NCBI GenBank assembly: GCA_965197905.1
Contig: CBDAOB010000003.1
Span: 352,001-416,000 of the forward strand
Source: Candidatus Latescibacterota bacterium
GTDB taxonomy: Bacteria; Latescibacterota; UBA2968; UBA8231
Direction of reading: 5' to 3'
DNA: 64,000 nucleotides
Under the pieces are notes generated by a model, which was not told the DNA's origin, searched no databases, and saw nothing but the letters and a program-made list of their open reading frames with translations. Below are positions 52,286 to 61,932 of the stretch, piece after piece; position 1 is the stretch's first letter; each line of letters begins with the position of its first letter. The position numbers and the translations under genes were made by a program.

Positions 52286-52477
52286 CTATACGTCTGACTT
52301 GACAAAGGGAGAGAGGTTGTCGATCTTCCCTGCGTGACAGGTTGGCTTGCGGAGCAATGCTCGCCCTACGTCGGCGGGCGTTGCTCCTTGGTAGCGTGGG
52401 TTTGGGGACGGAGTGGTCGACCACTCCTCTACTGCCGCGTGGCGCTCCTTCTCCGTGGGCTTGCGCGAGTGAGTCAT
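52286..52477 (-). CDS. Small IS-associated hypothetical protein
   Basis: ATGA overlap with the methylase gene; PNPRYQGATPADVGRALL; ends at the IS boundary. Confidence 0.5.
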   Translation of the reverse strand: MTHSRKPTEKERHAAVEEWSTTPSPNPRYQGATPADVGRALLRKPTCHAGKIDNLSPFVKSDV

Positions 52478-54977
52478 TGCCGAACCCCCAGTTTTGTTAT
52501 CAACTCTTCGGCCTCTTGGCGCCGCTCCACGATTCGCTTCATCCGACTCTTGATTCTTGACCGTTGCCTCGCATCTTTGGCCACAGGCAACTTCAGGTCC
52601 TTCCAGCGATCCCCGATGTTTGGCAGGGTCGTGTCAATAAAGACCTTGGATGGGATTTGTAGACGCGTCAGCGGGTGAGATAGCAGATAGGCCAAATACA
52701 ATCCGTCTATGCCATATGGATTGGGGGATTTTATGGCGCGAAGCACGACACAGTGGCTATTCAACAGAATCTCGGTGTCCGTTGGAAGCACGATCCCAAC
52801 ATCACCGGTGCGGTAACTTCCCTCTTTGACAAGCAATAGGTCCCACGGCTGTAAGTCTACGCCACTGCCCTTCACATCCAAGTAGACGTGCCTCGGAACA
52901 CTTGCCGTTGGATTCTTGTAGATGGACCAGTTGCCAATATCCCCATTGCGCACATATGGCACAGGTCCAGTTCCCTTATAAGCATTGTCGGGGGACCCGT
53001 GTCCCCTGAAGACAGTAATGACGCCCTCTCTGATTAGCCGATTCACTGTAACCATTTGAAGGCCCTGTCCCTTGGCCTGAACTCTCAATTGTTCGTCGTA
53101 GCCCTTCCAGTAGTAGCGAGGGACAAATACGTCGTTACGAATCGCGCTTGGTTCCACGATGAAAACATGCTCGTTATTCTTGTTAGACGAGTGTCTCAGT
53201 TCCTTCCTGATTATCTCGGTATCATCCCATTTCTCTTCCGTTACGATGCCATCCCGGACGCGGTACTTTGTCTTCCCCAAGTGATCGCGTCCCATCTCCT
53301 CAGCCACGCCAAAAACCACGGGTTTCTGCGGACGCCCCTTCTCGATGATCCAAAGAAGCGTCTTGGCGTTGCAGTGTGGCCTGAATGTGTTGTGCGGCAG
53401 ATCAATAACTGCCTTCACCCGCCCCCGCCTCTTGATGTAATCAACGATATACTTCTTCGATGGTGCATGGGCGTATGTTTCAGGGAGAACAATTGCAAGC
53501 CGCCCGCCGCTCTTCAGCATGTCGAGGCAACGCTCAATGAATAATTCCTGAGTGGGCGTTTTGCGCGGCTTCTCTTCACGTACCCCCCCCTTACGTGACC
53601 ACGAGTGGCCAAGATCGAACTCCGCAGATTCCGTTTGTGAAACTTTCGTATGCTTACTTCCAAATGGTGGATTTGTAAGGATCACGTCGAACTGGCGCAA
53701 TTGACCGCCCTCATCAATTGCAACGTCTCTGGCTGCACCTTCGAACTCCTCGGCGCGATGCAGGGAATTGGCTTGGGCAATGCAGCTCTTCCCGTCGCCG
53801 ATGATAGCCATATAGGCTTTCGTGATCTTGACGAGATCATTCTCTTTGTCAAGTCCGTGAGATCGTGTTCTTGGCGATATTGCGCTTCGCCTCTTCACGC
53901 TTATTTGGGGACAAGTTGGCCCACTTGCGCCCATGGTTCATGGTAGACTACATGTGTTGCAGGGCCGAAATGCAGGAAGGCGTCCACTGCCACACGCGGG
54001 GTCCATAATCGTTTCCCCGGGCCGTGGGTTGATTAGCTGGATTGCCGTCTTGACAACCTCTCGGGGAGTGAAGAACTCTCCCTTCTCTCCTGCAAACTTG
54101 CTCTCGGCGAAGACTTCAAACGCACCTCCTACTACGTCCTCGTCAGTCTCCAAGAGAGAGTATTCCTGTAGTTCGCCCACGACGTATGCAAGTGACTTGT
54201 TTTCAAGAAGAATCGTCTCGCCAGGATCAAATACTCCTTCCCCCGACAGCTCTCGCTTTACTCTGCCGAAAAGTTCATCTACGCGCCGCCGAACTTCGGA
54301 AAAACCGTTGTCGGCATCATGCCTGCCAACCCTGAACTCCGGGGTGGTATTGCGCGAAACAGCGCCGTGTTGTTCGTCCATGAGCTTGCAGAACAGAAGC
54401 TTCGTCATCTCGCTGCCGAGCTTTGCCCGACGGCTGATGTTCGTGTTTGTATACAACTCATTCAGGAGCCGCCGAAACGTTGCCTTCAAATGGGTGGCTT
54501 GGCGGAGATCGGAATATGTGTGCGTGCCGATGTCGTCAAGGCTTTGCCCGCATGTTGGAACTGCGAAAATGACACCGCTCGAAATAGTTGCAGATTCCGG
54601 TTCCTTGAGCAGGTATTCGATTTCCTTGCCATTTGTCCAAGCGCCCCACAGCGCCGATGTAGCGGTCATGTAGCTCTGTAATTGACCATCGCCGCACTGC
54701 GGTTATCCCTCTTGAAGGCGAGGATTCCGGCGATGTCAAGGTTCTGACTTCTCCTTGACGGATCATCCGGCCGATAGACTGCTAGCCCGGTCTCGGAAAA
54801 CAAGCGCCCGCTCTCGGGCCGCGCTGCCACGTTGGATTACGACTTCGATGTCAATGTGGCCCTTCGCATATCCATGGTCGGCAAGCGCCTCTTCAAAGTC
54901 CTGGCGCACGCGCTCTTCTGGCTTAGATGTATCGACTGACTTGCCGGTTGCGAAGTCGGGAACTTTTAGGTTGCTCA
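52474..54977 (-). pseudogene. Fused restriction-modification protein (HsdR_N-like + N6-adenine methylase + TRD/S-like), multiple frameshifts
   Basis: KPEERVRQ..GY..IDIEVVIQRGS; GEFFTPREVV, MDPACGSG (motif I); ILTNPPFG (motif IV); FIERCLDMLKSGGRLAIVLP; C-terminal TRD-like region. Confidence 0.85.
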
Positions 54978-55925
54978 CGCATACAAGGTCCTTGTAGAGA
55001 ACTCGGACTTGCCGACCATGGCGGCGACCACGTGTTGCATCTTTGCCAGCGTGTCCAGCTTGCAGGACGTTGTGGCGGCCGGCGAACTCCGTGGACGTAG
55101 CGGTGCAGGTGCTTGGCCGAGAGCCTCTGCTAGACGCCCTTGTGGGCAACGCTTGAGCATCGACCAGAAGCTCTCCACGCCGTTGGTGTGGATCCCGCAA
55201 CGAACATACTCTCCGCCACTGTGGTAGACCGCCTCGTGCCGCCTGCGGCCCTTGTAGGCGCTGGAGCCATCGGCGTAGACCATGAGCTTCCTTGTCCGAA
55301 GAGGAAGCAGTCCACTGGTGGAGAAGGTCCGCAAGGTCTCTTGGTCCGTCTGGTGGATCACTCTCGCCACAACTTGGTTCGTCTCTCGGTCCTTCGCACC
55401 GACCACCGCCACCTTGGGCAAAGGTCCAGGGCCCGCGAGCAACCTGTCTTTCTCGTGCAAAGTTCTGTTCCCTGCCTCCAACGTGAAGTCCGACTCCACC
55501 TCTACGGGGCCGGAGAACTTGGCTGCCACGTCCGAGTACGCTTCCCTGATCCGGTGCAGCATGAACCACGCCGTGGCCTGGCGGACACCGAGATCCCGAT
55601 GGAGCTTCATCGAGGATACGCCTTTGAGGCTGGTCATCTCACGATAGAACGCCCAAGCCGAGACGCGGAGGGGCAGCTTGCTGATCTTCCATCGCTGTGC
55701 CCGTCTGCAGGCTGAAGTATTTCTTGCATTCCCGGCAACGATAAGGCATGGGCTGGCCGCCATCGACTCGATAGGCTCCCTCAGTGATCCCGCACTTCAA
55801 GCAGCACATCTGCCCATCCGGCCAGTGCAGGCCCTCGAACCATTCAACGGCTTTCTCCTCGGTCCCGAACATCTCCGCCATCTCCATAACGGTGACGCCC
55901 TCTCGGTAGTGCTTGCCTGGTCCCA
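54975..55925 (-). pseudogene. IS1595-family transposase, heavily frameshifted, start missing
   Basis: GPGKHYREG..WPDG..CLKCG..PYRCRECKKYFS zinc ribbon; KGVSSMKLHRDLGV..TAWFMLHRIRE; GPVEV; VYADG; HTNGVESFWSMLKR; EFAGRHN. Confidence 0.9.
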
Positions 55926-55959
55926 AGAATCTGATTTCCCCCCTTCCACCAAAGAAGAT

Positions 55960-56469
55960 ACCCATTCGGGGTCCTTGACTACGCTGCCGCCCCGGGTTCA
56001 GACCAACACACTGATGGGTTACACCGACGAGGCGATGTACTGGGGTATCCGCTGTTTCGACGCCCACCCCGAAAGCCTGGTGGTCCTGCCGTTCGAAGAC
56101 AAGGATGACGCCAACAGGAAGCAAGATATCATCTCCTTGTTTTTCGATCGGAATCGAGACCGCAAGACGATCTCCGTAATGCTGATAAACAGCGAGGGAT
56201 ACGTGAGGGATGGCTATGATGATTACAACAAAAGCCGCCAGCGGGACCACTCCTGGGATGCGGACGGGACCGCGGCTACCTACGTCGGCGACGATTACTG
56301 GTCCGTTGAATTCGAGCTTCGCTGGGATCCTAAATACAATCCCCCCCCCGCTCCAGGTGACGTTTCTGGCCTAGACATTCCTCGCCTGTTTCGCGGGGGT
56401 GTCGAATGGAGTCAGCCGTTTCGCGGATACGGCGATCTCAATGCACCCGGCTATTTGGTCTATCGTTAG
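55960..56469 (+). pseudogene. Array lipoprotein, C-terminal CBM9-like fragment
   Basis: THSGSLTTLPPRVQTN...PGYLVYR aligns with the 57886 and 59299 copies; HEAT/TPR part absent. Confidence 0.88.
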
Positions 56470-56490
56470 GATCTTGCTACGAATCCTACC

Positions 56491-57861
56491 ATGGCAATCG
56501 AACATCCTTTGATTCCCCACCCATTCGCACTGAGAGTGGGTTGCGTCCCAGCCGTCGCTCTGTGCCTGGTGGCCTGCGAATCATCCATTGAAGACAGTAT
56601 CAATGATCTTTCCAGCGGTCCCGATGAGCGTGCCGCCGCAAGACACGAGCTCATTTTAGCCTCGGACAAAGCCGTTGAGCCACTTATCGCCGCGCTGGAA
56701 TCGCGAGATGACACAAAGGCCCGTGCCGAGGTGGCCGATATTTTGGTAGGCATAATGGCGCGATCGAGAAACGAGCGAGTCGCAGGTGTGCTCAAGAAAC
56801 ATCTACTTGACGATCCCAACCCGATGGTGCGCGGACGTATTGCCGAGGAGCTCGGACTCTATTTGCGCTCCGAGTTTTTTGACGTTTTTCTGCAGGCGGC
56901 TTCCGATCCCTCGCCGCTGGTGCAAACTCCTGCGCTGCATGTTCTGGCCAACGTGATCGACCGGCTGAATGAAGAGCAGACCCAAACCTTGCGCCAGCTC
57001 GCCAGCGAGCGCGCCGGAGCCCAAGAGCGATCCGTCCGCGACGCCGCCCTGTACCTCGTGGAGGAATTTGTCGGCCGTTGGGCTCAAAAGGCTAGGGAAG
57101 CAGCACTAAAGGCGGATCTGTCGGTAGCGGATTCTATCTACAACGTGGTACTGACCTACGCACCTGCCAGCAGACAAGCAAACTACTACATGGGTAGCTT
57201 CTATCTCGAATACGGCGACCGCGAACACGGGTTGCAGCTGTTGCGGGAAAATCGCCTGCTGGTGGACGCGCCCCGGTTCCCGGCAGCACCGCGGATTGAC
57301 GGCCGACTGGACGATCCGGTTTGGGAGCATGCCGCCAGGATAGATTCGTTCTACACCCATTCCTCCGGATTACGAGCAACACTTCAACCCCGAGTTCAAA
57401 CCAACGTGTTCATCGGCTACACTGACGAGGCGTTGTATTGGGGTGTACACTGTTTCGACGCGCACCCTGATAGCCTGATTGTCGTGCGATACGACGACCT
57501 GACAGGGGGCGAGCAACACGACAGAATCTCGTTCCGTTTCGACCGCAACCTGGACAGGAAGACGATTGCCATGGTAGGTGTAAATAGCGCAGGGGTGGTG
57601 AGAGACGGCTGGAATGACTTCAACAAGAGCATCGAGCGCGACTACCATTGGGATGCGGAGGGCAGCGCAGCGGCGTATGTCGGCGACGATTTCTGGTCCC
57701 TCGAATTCGAGCTTCGTTGGGACCCGAAGTACCACCCCCGGCCGGTTCCTGGCGAGATGTCGGGCATAGATTTTGTCCGCATGTTCCGCACAGTCGAGTA
57801 CAGTCAAGCCTTTCCTGGGTATGATTACCTCAAGGCGACTGGATACCTGGTCTATCAATAA
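56491..57861 (+). CDS. HEAT/TPR/CBM9-like lipoprotein, array copy 6
   Basis: LVAC lipobox; family motifs. Confidence 0.9.
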   Translation: MAIEHPLIPHPFALRVGCVPAVALCLVACESSIEDSINDLSSGPDERAAARHELILASDKAVEPLIAALESRDDTKARAEVADILVGIMARSRNERVAGVLKKHLLDDPNPMVRGRIAEELGLYLRSEFFDVFLQAASDPSPLVQTPALHVLANVIDRLNEEQTQTLRQLASERAGAQERSVRDAALYLVEEFVGRWAQKAREAALKADLSVADSIYNVVLTYAPASRQANYYMGSFYLEYGDREHGLQLLRENRLLVDAPRFPAAPRIDGRLDDPVWEHAARIDSFYTHSSGLRATLQPRVQTNVFIGYTDEALYWGVHCFDAHPDSLIVVRYDDLTGGEQHDRISFRFDRNLDRKTIAMVGVNSAGVVRDGWNDFNKSIERDYHWDAEGSAAAYVGDDFWSLEFELRWDPKYHPRPVPGEMSGIDFVRMFRTVEYSQAFPGYDYLKATGYLVYQ

Positions 57862-57885
57862 GATCTTGCTACGGGGTAACCTGCC

Positions 57886-59277
57886 ATGGCGATCCAGCAT
57901 CTCTTGATTCCCCACCACCGCTCCCGCGTGGCGACCGCGCTCGCGCTGAGAGGCCTCCATATCGTAGCCACGGCTTTGTTCCTCGCCGCTTGCGGGCCTT
58001 CCGTAGAAGACAGTATCGAGAAGCTGGGTGCCGGACCTGACGAGCGAGCCATGGGCAAACACGAGCTCATCCTGGCGAAGGACGAACACGTCGAGCCAAT
58101 CATCGCGGCGCTGGAAAGGCAGGATGGCAGCGACGTCCGTCCTGACTTGGCAGAGGTGCTAGTGGCCCGGTTCCTGCGATCGGAGAGCAAACGAATCTGG
58201 TCCGTTCTCGAAAAACACCTGCTGGAAGATTCCGACTCGCGGGTGCGCAGCCGTATTGCTGAAAAACTCGGGCTTCACCTCCGTTCCGAGCTTTTTGAGG
58301 TTTTCCTGCAGGCTGTTTCCGATCCGTCACCTGCGGTGCAATCCCCTGCGCTGCTCGCTCTTGGCAACGTTCTCGACCGCCTGACCATCGAACAGACCCA
58401 AACCTTGCGCCAGCTAGCCAGCGAGAGCGCGAAGGCTCAGGATCAGTCTGTTCGCGAAGCAGCACAATACTTGGTTGAGGAGTTCGTCGCCCGCTGGGCA
58501 GAGAAGGCGCGTGAGGAAGTTCTCAAGGCCAACGTTTCCCGCGCGGACTCGATTTACAATGTGGCGTTGGCTTATGCCCCGACCAGCAAGCAGGCAAACT
58601 ATTACCTTGGAAAATTCTATTACGAGAACGGCGAGCGCGAGCGCGGATTCCAGCTGCTGCGGGAACACCGTCTGCTGATCGACGTGCCCAGGTTCGCTTC
58701 AGCTCCACGAATCGACGGACGGCTGGATGACCGGATCTGGACAGGTGCCGGTAGAATCGATTCGTTTTACACCCATTCAAGTTCCCTCACAACACTGCCG
58801 CCCCGCGCGCAGACCAATGCGTTGATGGGCTACACCGACGAGGCTATCTACTGGGGGATTCGTTGCTTCGACGCGCACCCCGAAAGCCTCGTCGTCCTGC
58901 CGCTAGAAGACAAGGAAGACTCCAACCGGCATCAAGATATCATCAGTTGGTTCTTCGATCGAAACCTGGACCGGAAGACGTTCGCCATAATCCTGATAAA
59001 CAGCGAAGGATACATACGGGATGGCTGGGATGACCGCGAAAAAAGCCAGCAGCGGGACCACACCTGGGATGCGGACGCAACCGCGGCTACCTACGTCGGC
59101 GACGATTTCTGGTCCGTCGAACTCGAGCTTCGCTGGGATCCTAAATACCATCCGCCGCCGGTTCCCGGTGACGTCTCGGGTTTGGATATACCCCGTTTTT
59201 TCCGCGCTATAGAGTGGAGTCAGCCGTTTCGAGGATACCGGGGTGTGGACGCACCAGGGTATTTAGTCTATCAGTAA
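57886..59277 (+). CDS. HEAT/TPR/CBM9-like lipoprotein, array copy 7
   Basis: LAAC lipobox; family motifs. Confidence 0.9.
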   Translation: MAIQHLLIPHHRSRVATALALRGLHIVATALFLAACGPSVEDSIEKLGAGPDERAMGKHELILAKDEHVEPIIAALERQDGSDVRPDLAEVLVARFLRSESKRIWSVLEKHLLEDSDSRVRSRIAEKLGLHLRSELFEVFLQAVSDPSPAVQSPALLALGNVLDRLTIEQTQTLRQLASESAKAQDQSVREAAQYLVEEFVARWAEKAREEVLKANVSRADSIYNVALAYAPTSKQANYYLGKFYYENGERERGFQLLREHRLLIDVPRFASAPRIDGRLDDRIWTGAGRIDSFYTHSSSLTTLPPRAQTNALMGYTDEAIYWGIRCFDAHPESLVVLPLEDKEDSNRHQDIISWFFDRNLDRKTFAIILINSEGYIRDGWDDREKSQQRDHTWDADATAATYVGDDFWSVELELRWDPKYHPPPVPGDVSGLDIPRFFRAIEWSQPFRGYRGVDAPGYLVYQ

Positions 59278-59298
59278 GATCTTGCTAAGTAGCCTACC

Positions 59299-60684
59299 AT
59301 GGCAATCGAAGATCCTTTGATCCCCCACCATCGATTCCGCTCGACAGCCGCTTCCGCGATAAGCGGGATCTGTGTCACGGCTTTCTTCCTCGCCGCGTGC
59401 GGACCTTCTATAGAAGACAGCATCGAAAAGCTGGGTGCCGGACCCGACGAGCGGGCAATGGGCAAACACGAGCTCATCCTGGCTGGGGACGAAGACGTCG
59501 AGCCGATCATCGCGGCGCTGGAAAGGCAGAATGGCAACGAGGTTCGTCCCGATTTAGCCGAGGTTCTGGTGGCCCGGCTCCTGCGATCGGAAAGCAAGCG
59601 AATCTCGTCCGTTCTCGAAGAACACCTGCTGAAAGATCCCGACTCGCAGGTGCGCAGCCGTATTGCCAATAAACTCGGGCTTCACCTGCGCTCCGAGCAT
59701 TTTGACGTTTTCCTGCACGCCGTCTCCGATCCGTCACCTGCGGTGCAATCCCCTGCACTGCTCTCCCTGGGCAACGTGCTCGACCAGCTGACCGACGAAC
59801 AGAGTCAAACCTTGCGCCGACTCGCCAGCGAGGGCGCGAAGGCTCAGGATCAATCTGTGCGCGAAGCGGCACTCTACTTGGTGGAAGAGTTCGTCGCACG
59901 GTTGGCAGAGAAGGCGCGTGAAGAAGTTCTCAAGGCCAACGTGTCCCTAGCCGACTCGATCTACAACGTAGCACTGGCTTATGCCCCTACCAGCAAACAG
60001 GCAAACTATTACCTTGGGAAATTCTATTACGAGAACGGCCAGCGCGAGCGCGGATTCCAGCTGTTGCGGGAACACCGCCTGCTGGTCGACGTGCCCAGGT
60101 TCGCATCGGCTCCGCGGATCGACGGACGATTGGATGACCCGATCTGGGCAGGTGCTGGAAGAATTGATTCGTTTTACACCAATTCAAGATCGCTCACGAC
60201 GCTGCCGCCCCGCGTTCAGACCAATGCATTGATGGGCTACACCGACAAGGCTATCTACTGGGGGATTCGCTGCTTCGACGCGCACCCCGAAAGCCTCGTC
60301 GTCCTACCGCTCGAAGACAAAGACGACTCCAACCGGCAACAAGATATCATCCAATGGTTCTTCGATCGAAACCTGGACCGAAAGACATTCGCCGTGATCC
60401 TGATAAACAGCGAAGGATACATACGGGATGGCTGGGATGACCGCAACAAAAGCCAACAGCGGGACCACACCTGGGATGCGGACGCGACCGCGGCTGCCTA
60501 CGTCGGCGACGATTTCTGGTCCGTCGAACTTGAGCTTCGCTGGGATCCTATATACAATCCGCAGCCGGTTCCCGGTGACATCTCGGGCTTGGACTTACCC
60601 CGTCTTTTCCGCGTTATGGAGTGGAGTCAGCCGTTTCGGGGATACCGGGGTGTCGACGCACCGGGGTATTTGGTCTATGAGTAG
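59299..60684 (+). CDS. HEAT/TPR/CBM9-like lipoprotein, array copy 8
   Basis: LAAC lipobox; closest to copy 7 after the signal peptide. Confidence 0.9.
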   Translation: MAIEDPLIPHHRFRSTAASAISGICVTAFFLAACGPSIEDSIEKLGAGPDERAMGKHELILAGDEDVEPIIAALERQNGNEVRPDLAEVLVARLLRSESKRISSVLEEHLLKDPDSQVRSRIANKLGLHLRSEHFDVFLHAVSDPSPAVQSPALLSLGNVLDQLTDEQSQTLRRLASEGAKAQDQSVREAALYLVEEFVARLAEKAREEVLKANVSLADSIYNVALAYAPTSKQANYYLGKFYYENGQRERGFQLLREHRLLVDVPRFASAPRIDGRLDDPIWAGAGRIDSFYTNSRSLTTLPPRVQTNALMGYTDKAIYWGIRCFDAHPESLVVLPLEDKDDSNRQQDIIQWFFDRNLDRKTFAVILINSEGYIRDGWDDRNKSQQRDHTWDADATAAAYVGDDFWSVELELRWDPIYNPQPVPGDISGLDLPRLFRVMEWSQPFRGYRGVDAPGYLVYE

Positions 60685-60689
60685 TTCTG

Positions 60690-61859
60690 TCAGTCGCCCG
60701 AAGGCAACCCATGGCCTGGGAGCGAGAATCTCAACGTAGCATTGGCGGTTTGGATGGCCCACTGATCCGGTCGCGTATCTTCGAGGTCTGTCAGCACATC
60801 AATCTGATAGTCCGAAAGTCCTGGAGTTCCAACACTAGCCCATTTGTCTATCAGAGCTGCAATATCAGCAGCGAATCTCGAATCTCCCCGCCAGTGAATA
60901 GCGCGGCACTCGGAATCTAGTGAAACAGTTGAATGTGATTCCTTGTGATAGACAGTAGGGGCACAACTTAACGAACTATTGTGATCAACAAGGCTACGGA
61001 GCTCGACACCCTCTAAATGGGCAAAAAGGAGAAAATCGATGTTAGCCCTAGTCTCAGTCGCGATCTCTTTCGGGGCTTTCGTCAAAAGACTTGCTAGTTC
61101 CGCATCAAAGGGCGGCTGCAGTGGATCTGCGATGTTAGTCCAATATTCTCCCTGCAATGTGTTGAAACCAGACCAACCCACGAACGAACCTGTCAACCCT
61201 GCACTACTCTTTCGCAATCGTAAGAGCGGATCGCCCACCGCGCCCACTTTGAACGGCACAAGCAGTACCCCGCCGTCCGCCAATTGCTGGTGCCATGCCG
61301 GTGGAATGTCGGGTGACCCCACAGTTACGATAATCCTATCAAAAGGAGCCCGGTCCTCCCAGCCGAAGCCACCATCGCCGCTCGCGAGGCGCACCTCAGA
61401 GTAACCTGCTACGTGCAGATGGCGGCGAGCCGCGTCGACAAGATCGGCTTGAAGATCAATTGAGTGCACCAATTCGTCGTTGCCAACCCGGAAAGCCATG
61501 AGGGCGGCGTTCCAGCCGCTGCCCGTACCGATCTCAAGTACGCGCATCCCCGGTTCCAGCGTCAGGGCAACGAGCATCCGCATTACAAGAGCTGGCTGCG
61601 ACGCAGCACTATGATTTGGCGGTTTTCGAGACATGAGGCCGCGGTCGGAGTAGATAGTTTGGAGATCGATGTAGGAGACCCTCGTGAAATCCACGATCAC
61701 CGGTTCCTCGGCCTCCATCGTTTCATAATACTGGTCAATGAATAAATGTCGCGGCACAGACACGACCGCGTGGTGGAGCCACTCTGCACTGAGACATCCA
61801 GCTTTGCCAAGACTATCTCGAAATCGCGTCAGAAATTGTTCGACGTTAGGCGTTTCCAT
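60690..61859 (-). CDS. Protein-L-isoaspartate O-methyltransferase (PCMT) family with C-terminal extension
   Basis: VPRHLF, SAASQP, RVLEIGTGSGWNAALM, GDG..G..APFDRIIVT, QLADGGVLLVP. Confidence 0.85.
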   Translation of the reverse strand: METPNVEQFLTRFRDSLGKAGCLSAEWLHHAVVSVPRHLFIDQYYETMEAEEPVIVDFTRVSYIDLQTIYSDRGLMSRKPPNHSAASQPALVMRMLVALTLEPGMRVLEIGTGSGWNAALMAFRVGNDELVHSIDLQADLVDAARRHLHVAGYSEVRLASGDGGFGWEDRAPFDRIIVTVGSPDIPPAWHQQLADGGVLLVPFKVGAVGDPLLRLRKSSAGLTGSFVGWSGFNTLQGEYWTNIADPLQPPFDAELASLLTKAPKEIATETRANIDFLLFAHLEGVELRSLVDHNSSLSCAPTVYHKESHSTVSLDSECRAIHWRGDSRFAADIAALIDKWASVGTPGLSDYQIDVLTDLEDTRPDQWAIQTANATLRFSLPGHGLPSGD

Positions 61860-61932
61860 GTCTCACTCTTTGGTCATCATGGCATCTAACGCATGAGGAC
61901 CTCCAACTCTCCCTAGTCAGCAGCGTGGCTCG

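Larger units (their letters stand above)
52281..55925 (-). mobile_element. IS1595-family element with passenger genes; one end missing
   Basis: Sharp boundary at 52281 after an AT-rich target; transposase at about 54975-55925; no matching inverted repeat visible at the other end. Confidence 0.8.

Noticed and set aside
55678..55959. N-terminus of the 263-aa ORF as a novel domain fusion
   Set aside because: It is the antisense of the IS1595 transposase; only 55960 onward is lipoprotein-derived.
43632..60684. Diversity-generating retroelement behind the lipoprotein variation
   Set aside because: No RT or Avd gene and no template/variable repeat pair with adenine-specific differences; variation involves all bases across whole genes.
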